Shown here one piece after another: positions 36,954 through 45,169 of a DNA stretch of 45,169 bases (within the stretch, counting starts at the first letter, position 1; each line of letters begins with the position of its first letter). Made by a program: the position numbers and the translations under genes. The notes under the pieces are model-generated. The model had not been told where the DNA came from and ran no database searches. It saw nothing but the letters and a program-made list of their open reading frames with translations. The DNA is taken from positions 1 through 45,169 of the forward strand of contig JAMPYA010000001.1 in assembly GCA_023700885.1 (NCBI GenBank), given 5' to 3'. The stretch comes from Flavobacteriaceae bacterium. GTDB lineage: Bacteria; Bacteroidota; Bacteroidia; Flavobacteriales; Flavobacteriaceae.

Positions 36954-38915
36954 ATGAGTACTAAAGAACATGGAATCCACAGTAAATTAACCTTTGCGGG
37001 AATTTTAATAAGCTTAGGAATTATTTACGGTGACATTGGCACATCTCCTTTATATGTTATGAAAGCCATCATCGGGAAAAATACCATCAATATGGACGTT
37101 ATTTTAGGTGGAGTTTCGGCGGTATTTTGGACTTTAACCCTACAAACAACGCTCAAATATATTATCATAACACTCAGCGCCGATAACAATGGTGAAGGTG
37201 GAATTTTTGCACTTTATGCCTTAGTAAAAAAGATAAAAGTAAAATGGCTTATTTTTCCTGCTATCATTGGCGGAGCCGCTCTTTTAGCCGACGGCATCAT
37301 TACGCCACCAATTTCTATATCCTCTGCGGTTGAAGGAATTCAAATATTTAATCCAACTATTAATACCATCCCAATTGTTATCGGAATATTGTTTGCGCTA
37401 TTTACCATTCAACAATTCGGCACCAAATTAGTGGGCAAGTTTTTTGCACCAACTATGTTAGTTTGGTTCACCATGTTAGGAACGCTTGGTTTTATACAAA
37501 TCATTCATAATGTTGAAGTGTTAAAAGCCCTCAATCCGTATTATGCATTTCATTTGTTAAAGATACATCCAGAAGGATTTTATGTGTTAGGATTTGTTTT
37601 CTTGGCAACTACAGGTGCTGAAGCTTTATATTCAGATATGGGGCACTGTGGAAGAAAAAATATCAGAATCAGCTGGATTTTTGTTAAAATAGCTTTGCTG
37701 CTCAATTACTTTGGACAAGCAGCGTTTTTGATTAAACACGAATCAGAAACCCTGCAATCAATTGGAGGTAAAAATGGCAATCCGTTTTATTTAATTATGG
37801 CAGATTGGTTTCAACCCATCGGCATTGTTATCGCTACTTTTGCAGCCATAATTGCCTCACAAGCATTGATCAGTGGATCGTTTACTTTGATAAATGAAGC
37901 CATGAAACTCAATTTTTGGCCTAAAGTTAAAATCAAATATCCAACAGAATTAAAAGGACAATTATATATACCCTCTGTTAATTGGTTACTTTTTGCAGGT
38001 TGTGTGATGATTGTTTTACACTTTCAAGAATCTAGCAATATGGAGGCCGCTTATGGTTTGGCCATCGTTTTATGTATGATGATGACCACTATTTTGCTGA
38101 TTTATTATATGATTATCAAACGGATTTCATGGTTTTTTATTGCACCCATTATCCTCTTATATATGGTGATTGAAATGAGTTTTTTGGTCGCCAATCTTAA
38201 AAAATTCACTCACGGTGGTTATGTTACCATATTAATTGCTTTGTTGTTAGTAGTCATCATGGTTGTTTGGTATAGAGCCAAAAAAATTGGTAATAGTTAC
38301 TCGAAGTATGAAAAAATTAATAAGTATAAAAAAGTTTTAACAGAACTCAATCAAGATAATTCAATTCCTAAATACGCAACACATTTAGTGTATTTAACAA
38401 AAGCCAAAAGAATTGAGGAAATTGATGAAAAAGTGCTGTATTCCATTTTATATAAACGCCCTAAAAGAGCCGATGTGTATTGGTTTATACATGTAAATAT
38501 TTTGGATGAACCCTATAAAAAAGAATATAAAGTTACCGAAATTAATAAAGGAAATATTTTTAGAGTTGATTTTAATCTAGGGTTTAGAGAATCTACTAAA
38601 ATCAATTTGATGTTTAAAGAAGTGCTACAAAATATGGTAGAAAACAAAGAAGTTGATATAATCTCCAGATACGAATCCTTACAAAACAATAAAATTCTTG
38701 GCGATTTTAAATTTATACTGTCTGAAAAATATTTATCTCAAGACAGTGATTTACGTTGGCATGAAAAAATCATCATGAATTTATATTCCTTGATAAAAAA
38801 AATCAGTTTGTCTGAAGAAAGTGCCTTCGGATTGGATAGCAGCTCTGTAAAAATTGAAAAATTCCCGATGGTTATTCATCCCCATGAAAAAATCATTATG
38901 AACAGAATTTCATAA
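36954..38915 (+). CDS. kup: KUP/HAK/KT family potassium transporter
   Basis: 653 aa. Has the GIIYGDIGTSPLYV signature, 12 TM segments and a cytoplasmic C-terminal domain. Confidence 0.93.
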   Translation: MSTKEHGIHSKLTFAGILISLGIIYGDIGTSPLYVMKAIIGKNTINMDVILGGVSAVFWTLTLQTTLKYIIITLSADNNGEGGIFALYALVKKIKVKWLIFPAIIGGAALLADGIITPPISISSAVEGIQIFNPTINTIPIVIGILFALFTIQQFGTKLVGKFFAPTMLVWFTMLGTLGFIQIIHNVEVLKALNPYYAFHLLKIHPEGFYVLGFVFLATTGAEALYSDMGHCGRKNIRISWIFVKIALLLNYFGQAAFLIKHESETLQSIGGKNGNPFYLIMADWFQPIGIVIATFAAIIASQALISGSFTLINEAMKLNFWPKVKIKYPTELKGQLYIPSVNWLLFAGCVMIVLHFQESSNMEAAYGLAIVLCMMMTTILLIYYMIIKRISWFFIAPIILLYMVIEMSFLVANLKKFTHGGYVTILIALLLVVIMVVWYRAKKIGNSYSKYEKINKYKKVLTELNQDNSIPKYATHLVYLTKAKRIEEIDEKVLYSILYKRPKRADVYWFIHVNILDEPYKKEYKVTEINKGNIFRVDFNLGFRESTKINLMFKEVLQNMVENKEVDIISRYESLQNNKILGDFKFILSEKYLSQDSDLRWHEKIIMNLYSLIKKISLSEESAFGLDSSSVKIEKFPMVIHPHEKIIMNRIS

Positions 38916-38978
38916 AACCGTTTTTAGTTGCCGTTTTCAGTTGCAGTAGGCGGTAGGTAAAAGGTTAAATGTAATCCC

Positions 38979-39035
38979 ATCCTAAATACTTCCCATACGA
39001 GTGATAGCGAACTGGCGAAGCAAAGGATTTTTTTT
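38979..39035 (+). terminator. Possible imperfect terminator after kup
   Basis: Nested pairings ATCCT/AGGAT and CTTC/GAAG around a large loop, followed by T8 (39028-39035). The stem is weak. Confidence 0.3.
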
Positions 39036-39130
39036 ATTTCACTTTTCATGATTTTGCTATTTTCTAATGGTTCTTGGCTTATTTTTTACTAAAAACTAAA
39101 AAATTAAAAACTGCTTATTACTTAAAGCTT

Positions 39131-39517
39131 TTACGGATTAATCTTTGCGATAACTACCAACGAGCCTGGAAATTGCAATTTTATATTCTGTAAAGTTTTA
39201 TCGGCTTCTAGTCTAGTTCTAAAGTTACCTACTTGCACTTTCCATTCGGGCGCTTTATAAATTATTTCGACCTTCATGTCTGGAAATAAAGTTAAGAATT
39301 TTGTTTTTACTTGATTTGATTCCGTTTCTAAACCATTATAAAGTTGAATTCTAAAACCATCAATTTTTGGATTTAACTTTTGATGTTCTTTTTTTAACTC
39401 CATAACAGTTTCAATTTTTTTATCTTGTAATACCTGCGATTTTAAAGTCATTGTAAACAAAATTTGAACAAGAAAAAATAGTGTTAAAGATTTTTTTAAA
39501 AAACTTAATGATATCAT
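39131..39517 (-). CDS. SPOR domain-containing protein
   Basis: Signal peptide or anchor from MISLSFLKKSLTLFFLVQILF. The C-terminal GFRIQLYNG...WKVQVGNFRTRLEADKTLQNIK is a SPOR-like peptidoglycan-binding fold. The upstream 32 codons in the ORF track look non-coding. Confidence 0.7.
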   Translation of the reverse strand: MISLSFLKKSLTLFFLVQILFTMTLKSQVLQDKKIETVMELKKEHQKLNPKIDGFRIQLYNGLETESNQVKTKFLTLFPDMKVEIIYKAPEWKVQVGNFRTRLEADKTLQNIKLQFPGSLVVIAKINP

Positions 39518-39622
39518 TTTATAATTTTTTTTAAATTTAATCAAATAAATAAAACTTATATGCATATATTTATTAATGATTGCAATTGGGTGATATAACA
39601 TTTCTTTTCGCAAATTAAATAT

Positions 39623-39630
39623 TATTTTTG
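39623..39630 (+). promoter_or_regulatory. -7 promoter box TATTTTTG for the act operon
   Basis: Exact TAnnTTTG, about 80 nt upstream of ATG 39710. Confidence 0.4.
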
Positions 39631-39709
39631 CTCAGTTTTATCAAAAGATAAAGAAAAAAAGTGTTAAATTCCACAAGAAATTATCGTGCCAAAAAATAAT
39701 TTAAATAAT

Positions 39710-41200
39710 ATGAGAAGTGTACTAAAGCACAATCAACTTAAAAGAGTAATTACAGGTCTTTTACTCTTTTTAATATTCATACTAAAAATTAACGCTCAGG
39801 ATGGCGATCCTTCAAAAGGTAAAGAGCTATTTAATGCCAATTGCGCTGCTTGTCATCAACTAGATAAAAGATTGGTAGGTCCGCCTTTACAAAATATTAG
39901 TGAAAAACGAGACCAAAAATGGCTTATTAAATGGATAAAAAACAGTGATGCATTAATAAAAAGTGGAGATAAGGATGCAATAGCAATTTTTGAGGAATAC
40001 AATAAAATTCCTATGTTAGCTTTTCCAAACTTCTCTGATCAGGATGTAATTGATATATTAGCTTATACTGATGGGGGGGCAGCTGTTGGGCCAGATGGAA
40101 AACCAATTGACGAAGCTTATTTAAATGGTAAAAAAGTTTTCCAAGTAAATTGCGCGGCTTGTCATAAGTTAGAAAAAAAATTAATTGGACCGCCACTGGG
40201 TAATATTTCTGATAAACGATCTATGCCTTGGTTAAATTCTTTCATTAAAGATAGTCAGGCCATGATAAAAGCCGGCGATAAAGATGCCGTTGCAATTTAT
40301 GAAGAATACCAAAAAGTATTGATGTTGCCTTTCCCGCAATTATCAGAAAAAGACATTGAAGATGTAATACATTATACAACAGTTGGAGATACTGAAGAAT
40401 CTGTTCAGTTAGATGCCGCAATGGATAATGAAGATTTAAAACTTTATAGAAAATGGATTATAAGATTCGTAATTGCGCTAATTTCATTAATTTTAATCAT
40501 TGTCATATTAAGTACTAAAAATGTATTATTGAAATTTTTAGCAATTGGAATGATTGTTTTAGGATTAACATATGCCGCATTTAACTGGTTATTACAAATT
40601 GGGGTAGATGAAGGATATCAACCAATTCAGCCAATTGCATTCTCTCACAAAATACATTCTGGCGATAATAAAATAGATTGTCAATATTGCCATTCATCTG
40701 CAAAACACAGTAAAACTTCTGAAATACCATCTGTAAACGTTTGTATGAATTGTCATAAGAGTATATCAGAATACAAGGGAATTCTTTATGATGGCTATGA
40801 TAAAGCATTTTATGATGGTGAAATTAAAAAAATTTATGACGCAGTTGGTTGGGATAAAACAAATGCTAAATACAAAGAAAACTTTGTGCAAAAACCGATT
40901 CAATGGATCAGAATTCACAACTTACCTGATTTTGCATACTTCAATCATGCACAACACGTTACTGCTGGTAAAGTTGAATGTAAAACATGTCACGGTCCGG
41001 TAGAAGAAATGCAGGAAGTGTCTCAGTTTGCTCCATTAACAATGGGATGGTGTGTAGATTGTCATAGAACAACAGAAGTGTCCATGGCTAATAATGATTA
41101 TTACGAAGAAATTCATAAAGCATTAGCTAAAAAGTTAGGAACTGAAAAAGTAACAGTTGCTCAAATGGGTGGGCTGGAATGCGGAAAATGTCACCACTAA
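39710..41200 (+). CDS. actA: Alternative complex III subunit ActA (pentahaem) fused to two N-terminal class-I cytochrome c domains
   Basis: Seven CxxCH motifs: 2x CAACH, then CQYCH, CMNCH, CKTCH, CVDCH, CGKCH. Also a signal peptide, a two-TM hairpin, and the ActA-like QPIAFSHKIHSG segment. ATG 39710 preferred over GTG 39686. Confidence 0.85.
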   Translation: MRSVLKHNQLKRVITGLLLFLIFILKINAQDGDPSKGKELFNANCAACHQLDKRLVGPPLQNISEKRDQKWLIKWIKNSDALIKSGDKDAIAIFEEYNKIPMLAFPNFSDQDVIDILAYTDGGAAVGPDGKPIDEAYLNGKKVFQVNCAACHKLEKKLIGPPLGNISDKRSMPWLNSFIKDSQAMIKAGDKDAVAIYEEYQKVLMLPFPQLSEKDIEDVIHYTTVGDTEESVQLDAAMDNEDLKLYRKWIIRFVIALISLILIIVILSTKNVLLKFLAIGMIVLGLTYAAFNWLLQIGVDEGYQPIQPIAFSHKIHSGDNKIDCQYCHSSAKHSKTSEIPSVNVCMNCHKSISEYKGILYDGYDKAFYDGEIKKIYDAVGWDKTNAKYKENFVQKPIQWIRIHNLPDFAYFNHAQHVTAGKVECKTCHGPVEEMQEVSQFAPLTMGWCVDCHRTTEVSMANNDYYEEIHKALAKKLGTEKVTVAQMGGLECGKCHH

Positions 41201-41224
41201 ATTTAATTGAAAAAAGTACGAATA

Positions 41225-44200
41225 ATGGCTTCAGATAAAAAATATTGGAAAAGTGTTGAAGAACTTAAAGCACACAGTCCTTTAATTGAAAAATTAAGAA
41301 ATGATGAATTTGTAGAAGAAATTCCTATTGATGAGTTTTTAGGAAATAAAGAAAGCCTAGATAATTCATCAACAACGCGTAGAGATTTCCTTAAATATGT
41401 TGGATTTACAACAGTAGCAGCATCTGTTGCTGCTTGTGAAGGTCCTGTAATCAAATCAATTCCTTATGTTGTAAAACCTGAACAAGTAGTTCCTGGTGTA
41501 GCAGATTTTTATGCAACTACCATGGCTGATGGTTTTGATTTTGCATCAATTTTAGTTAAAGTACGTGAGGGAAGACCAATCAAAATTGAACCAAATAAAT
41601 TGGCTGGTGGTACTACAAATGCCAGAGTTCAAGCTTCTGTTTTATCGTTATATGATAATAATCGTTTAAAAGCACCAAAATCTTATGATAAAGCAATTGA
41701 GTGGCACGAAGTGGATGCTCAAATTTTAGCCAAACTTAACGAGCTAAAATCACAAGGAAAAGATATTGTTTTTTTAACAGGAACATTAGCAAGTCCATCT
41801 ACAAATCAACTCATTCTTAAATTCAAAGAAAAATTCGGAAATGTTCGTCATGTTATTTATGATGCTGTTTCAGAATCTGGTGCATTAGAAGCATTTGAAG
41901 AAATGTACGGAGATAGAGCATTGCCAAATTATGATTTTTCAAAAGTTGAAACAGTAGTTTCATTTGGAGCTGACTTTTTAGGCGATTGGCAAGGTGGTGG
42001 TTTTGAAGCCGATTTTGCTAAAACTAGAGTGCCTAAAAATGGGAAAATGTCTAGACATATCCAATTTGAAGCAAATTTATCTTTAACAGGCGCCAATTCA
42101 GATAAAAGAATCTTAGCTAAACCATCAGAACAAGCTTTTGCACTAATCAATCTATACAATAAATTAACTGGTAGTTCACTTCCATCTAAAAAAACATCTG
42201 TTGATGTTGATGTCGAAAAGGCTGTAAAACAACTTAAATCTACCGGAAATAAATCAGTAGTTGTTTGTGGAATCAATGATAAAAATTTACAATTAATTAC
42301 ACTAGCCATTAATAATTTCCTTAAAAGCGAAGTAATTGATACTGTTGCAACTCGAAATATACGTTTAGGAAACGATGTTGAAGTAGCAAAATTAATAGCT
42401 GATATGAATTCTGGAAATGTTGGTGCATTATTGATGTATCAAACAAATCCAGTTTATTCAATGCCTAAAAGTGCCAATTTTACTGAAGCGTTGAAAAAAG
42501 TTTCAGTATCTGTTTCTTTTGCTATGAATGACCATGAAACAGCATCAATAAGTCATTTTGCCTTAGCAACACCCCATTATTTAGAATCTTGGGGTGATAT
42601 TAGTGTTCAAAACGGAACCTATAGTTTAATACAACCCACTATTAATCCGTTATTTAATACCAGTCAATTTCAAGATTGCTTATTGCGATGGATAGGTAGT
42701 GAAGAAACCTATTATGATTATCTAAAAAAATATTGGGAAAGTAATATTTTAAAAGGAGCTGCTTGGTCTCAGACTTTGCATGATGGTTTTATTACCAATC
42801 AACCTAACACGGTTACTGCTTTAAAAAATATTGATTTAAACACAGTTTCTCAAGGAGTTATAAAAGAATTCAGTGCTAAAGGATTTGAGCTTTGTTTATA
42901 CACCAAAACTGGAATGGGTGATGGTCAAATGGCTAACAATCCGTGGTTACAAGAATTTCCAGATCCAATTACAAGAACCTCTTGGGATAATTACGTAACA
43001 ATTGGTGAAGCAGATGCCAAAAAATTAGGTTTACAAAATTTTAATGTGTCTAATGGTGCGTTAAATGGAAGTAAAGTAAATCTTACTGTAAATAAAGTCG
43101 TTTTAAAAGAAGTTCCTGTTTATATTCAACCAGGTCAGGCGGTTGGAACTATTGGTTTAGCGCTTGGTTATGGAAGAAATAAAGGAATGAAAGAAGAGAT
43201 GATGATTGGTCTTAACGCTTTTTCATTGTATAATAATTTCAAAAATTATCAAGAAGTAACTATTGAAAAAACTGACGGTATTCATGAATTTGCTTGTGTA
43301 CAGTTACATCATACGATGATGGGTAGAGATATCATTAAAGAAACTACTTTAGAAACCTTTAATGATACATCCATAAATCCAGCTGAAACATGGAATAAAA
43401 CGACCAAAGTTTCCATGGATCATAAACCTGTTGCTGCCAGTTCAGTAACACTTTGGGATAATCATGATACAACTATTGGTCATCATTTTAACTTATCTAT
43501 TGATTTAAACGCATGTACCGGGTGTGGTGCTTGTGTTATTGCTTGTCATGCAGAAAATAATGTGCCAGTTGTTGGAAAAGCAGAGGTTAGAAATAGCCGA
43601 GATATGCACTGGTTAAGAATTGATCGCTATTATTCATCAGATATGAATGATGAAATTGCTGATGAGATGGAAATTGGTGTTTTAGATAAATTTAACCAGA
43701 TGGAAGTTCCATCCAATAATCCTGAAGTTGCATTTCAGCCTGTAATGTGTCAGCATTGTAATAACGCACCTTGCGAAACCGTTTGTCCGGTAGCTGCAAC
43801 AACACATGGTCATCAAGGTCAGAATCAAATGACTTATAATCGTTGTGTAGGAACACGTTATTGTGCCAATAACTGTCCTTATAAAGTTCGTAGATTCAAC
43901 TGGTTTAAATACAAAGAAAACGATGAGTTTGATTATCATATGAACGATGATTTAGGAAGAATGGTTTTAAATCCTGATGTTGTAGTTCGTTCTCGTGGAG
44001 TAATGGAAAAATGTTCTATGTGTATTCAAAAAACACAATTATCAATTTTACAGGCTAAAAATGAAGGAAGAGTTGTTGCAGATGGAGAATTCCAAACGGC
44101 TTGTTCTAGTGCTTGTAGTAGTAATGCAATTGTTTTTGGCGATGTAAATGATAAAACAAGTCAAGTTGTAAAATTGGTTGAAGATCAACGAGCTTATCAT

Positions 44201-44272
44201 TTATTAGATGCTATCGGAACAAAACCAAATGTGGTTTATCAGGTAAAAGTTAGAAATACAAACGAATCATAA
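41225..44272 (+). CDS. actB: Alternative complex III subunit ActB (molybdopterin-oxidoreductase-like domain fused to a 4Fe-4S ferredoxin domain)
   Basis: Tat signal TRRDFLKYVGFTTVAAS. The C-terminal part carries Cys clusters CTGCGACVIACHAEN, CQHCNNAPCETVCP and CVGTRYCANNCPYKVRRFN. ATG 41225 (MASDKKYWKS) preferred over TTG 41207. Confidence 0.9.
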   Translation: MASDKKYWKSVEELKAHSPLIEKLRNDEFVEEIPIDEFLGNKESLDNSSTTRRDFLKYVGFTTVAASVAACEGPVIKSIPYVVKPEQVVPGVADFYATTMADGFDFASILVKVREGRPIKIEPNKLAGGTTNARVQASVLSLYDNNRLKAPKSYDKAIEWHEVDAQILAKLNELKSQGKDIVFLTGTLASPSTNQLILKFKEKFGNVRHVIYDAVSESGALEAFEEMYGDRALPNYDFSKVETVVSFGADFLGDWQGGGFEADFAKTRVPKNGKMSRHIQFEANLSLTGANSDKRILAKPSEQAFALINLYNKLTGSSLPSKKTSVDVDVEKAVKQLKSTGNKSVVVCGINDKNLQLITLAINNFLKSEVIDTVATRNIRLGNDVEVAKLIADMNSGNVGALLMYQTNPVYSMPKSANFTEALKKVSVSVSFAMNDHETASISHFALATPHYLESWGDISVQNGTYSLIQPTINPLFNTSQFQDCLLRWIGSEETYYDYLKKYWESNILKGAAWSQTLHDGFITNQPNTVTALKNIDLNTVSQGVIKEFSAKGFELCLYTKTGMGDGQMANNPWLQEFPDPITRTSWDNYVTIGEADAKKLGLQNFNVSNGALNGSKVNLTVNKVVLKEVPVYIQPGQAVGTIGLALGYGRNKGMKEEMMIGLNAFSLYNNFKNYQEVTIEKTDGIHEFACVQLHHTMMGRDIIKETTLETFNDTSINPAETWNKTTKVSMDHKPVAASSVTLWDNHDTTIGHHFNLSIDLNACTGCGACVIACHAENNVPVVGKAEVRNSRDMHWLRIDRYYSSDMNDEIADEMEIGVLDKFNQMEVPSNNPEVAFQPVMCQHCNNAPCETVCPVAATTHGHQGQNQMTYNRCVGTRYCANNCPYKVRRFNWFKYKENDEFDYHMNDDLGRMVLNPDVVVRSRGVMEKCSMCIQKTQLSILQAKNEGRVVADGEFQTACSSACSSNAIVFGDVNDKTSQVVKLVEDQRAYHLLDAIGTKPNVVYQVKVRNTNES

Positions 44273-44293
44273 TAAATTAAAAAATAAAGAAAT

Positions 44294-45169
44294 ATGGCGT
44301 CTCATTATGAAGCACCTATAAGAAAACCTTTAATAATTGGAGAAAAATCTTACCACGATATTTCGGTAGATATTGCTGCACCAGTTGAAGGAAAAGCAAA
44401 TAAACTATGGTGGATTGTTTTTTCCATTTCTCTTTCTGCATTTTTGTGGGGAGTTGGTTGTATCCTTTACACCATTGGAACAGGAATCGGAGTTTGGGGT
44501 TTAAATAAAACAGTTGGTTGGGCGTGGGATATTACCAACTTTGTGTGGTGGGTAGGAATCGGTCACGCCGGAACTCTTATCTCTGCCGTATTATTATTAT
44601 TCCGTCAAAAATGGAGAATGGGAATTAACCGTTCTGCAGAAGCAATGACTATTTTTTCTGTTATGCAAGCAGGATTATTTCCTTTAATTCATATGGGTAG
44701 AGTTTGGAATGCCAACTGGGTATTACCAATTCCAAATCAGTTTGGATCACTTTGGGTTAATTTTAACTCACCATTATTGTGGGACGTATTTGCAATATCA
44801 ACGTATTTAACGGTTTCTTTAGTGTTTTGGTGGACAGGTTTATTACCCGATTTTGCCATGTTGCGCGATAGAGCCATCAAACCGTTTCAAAAGAAAATAT
44901 ATGGTTTATTGAGTTTTGGATGGAGTGGAAGAGTAAAAGATTGGAATCGTTTTGAAGAAGTTTCTTTAGTATTAGCCGGATTAGCTACTCCATTAGTTTT
45001 GTCAGTTCATACCATTGTATCTTTTGACTTTGCTACTTCTGTAATTCCAGGTTGGCATACAACCATTTTCCCACCCTATTTTGTTGCTGGAGCTATTTTT
45101 TCTGGATTTGCCATGGTAAATACCTTGCTTATCATCATGAGAAAAGTTTCTAATTTAGAAGATTATATA
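44294..45169 (+). CDS. actC: Alternative complex III subunit ActC (NrfD/PsrC-like quinol-interacting membrane subunit), 3' end outside the window
   Basis: Absent from the ORF track because no stop lies in the window. It is open for 292 codons from the ATG at 44294. MASHYEAPIRKPLI...WAWDITNFVWWVGIGHAGTLISA...IPGWHTTIFPPYFVAGAIFSGFAM is the NrfD family signature. Confidence 0.9.
   Translation, partial: MASHYEAPIRKPLIIGEKSYHDISVDIAAPVEGKANKLWWIVFSISLSAFLWGVGCILYTIGTGIGVWGLNKTVGWAWDITNFVWWVGIGHAGTLISAVLLLFRQKWRMGINRSAEAMTIFSVMQAGLFPLIHMGRVWNANWVLPIPNQFGSLWVNFNSPLLWDVFAISTYLTVSLVFWWTGLLPDFAMLRDRAIKPFQKKIYGLLSFGWSGRVKDWNRFEEVSLVLAGLATPLVLSVHTIVSFDFATSVIPGWHTTIFPPYFVAGAIFSGFAMVNTLLIIMRKVSNLEDYI

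Noticed and set aside
1478-43939. ORF-track entries that lie antisense to or inside strong conserved genes: 1478-1813, 2299-2481, 3562-3768, 7781-8047, 8338-8544, 8919-9113, 13810-14094, 14194-14421, 14494-14682, 14983-15312, 18962-19216, 21239-21433, 21624-21836, 23455-23676, 26129-26404, 35791-36084, 36434-36691, 40011-40196, 40581-40808, 40788-41003, 41203-41454, 41929-42309, 43682-43939.
   Set aside because: Each one overlaps a gene with an unmistakable conserved product on the other strand or in another frame. Their translations are low-complexity, rich in Ile, Phe, Leu and Ser, as expected for shadow ORFs in AT-rich DNA. None has its own promoter box.
1-45169. A search for CRISPR arrays, transposases, integrases, phage genes, toxin-antitoxin pairs, restriction-modification genes or other defence genes, and for sigma-54 type promoters (TGGCAC-N5-TTGCW) given the presence of rpoN.
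   Set aside because: No regularly spaced direct repeats, no mobile-element or defence-like ORFs, and no convincing -24/-12 element were seen by eye. The tRNA genes are not flanked by integrase genes or attachment-like repeats. The window is a core housekeeping region.

Overview
This is a low-GC chromosomal segment that looks like Flavobacteriia (Bacteroidota). The evidence is gene content (alternative complex III actABC, DUF2723, DUF5686, a PorT-like barrel, a Flavobacteria-type exbB-TM-exbD-exbD cluster), no Shine-Dalgarno sequences, and many exact matches to the Bacteroidetes -7 promoter motif TAnnTTTG placed 5-25 nt upstream of start codons. Content is almost entirely core housekeeping. 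The + strand carries pdxA (partial), yceD-rpmF, fabH-accB-accC, an Lrp/AsnC regulator, ansA, tRNA-Ser(GGA), exbB/exbD and a PorT-like OMP. The - strand carries rpoN plus a PAP2-like gene, asnS, an MMPL/RND exporter, DUF5686, the frr-pyrH-tsf-rpsB-rpsI-rplM block, an SRPBCC gene, polA, a CE4 deacetylase, DUF2723 and a tandem Usp. The + strand then resumes with tRNA-Gln(TTG), rimP-nusA-infB, kup and actA-actB-actC (the last runs off the window). I find no CRISPR array, transposase, integrase, phage gene, toxin-antitoxin pair or recognisable defence island, so I cannot support a new multi-gene system here. The most unusual signal is non-coding: a 110-bp element present twice at about 94.5 percent identity. 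It forms the 5' leader of pyrH and of an unrelated SRPBCC gene, folds into a compact three-way junction, and every substitution in one stem keeps pairing between the two copies. Lesser items are a long perfect hairpin in the rpsI-rpsB spacer, phased A-tracts upstream of fabH, a heptahaem ActA fusion, a cysteine-free thioredoxin fold, and two conserved but functionally obscure envelope gene pairs. All coordinates and motifs were read by eye, and no database search was possible.
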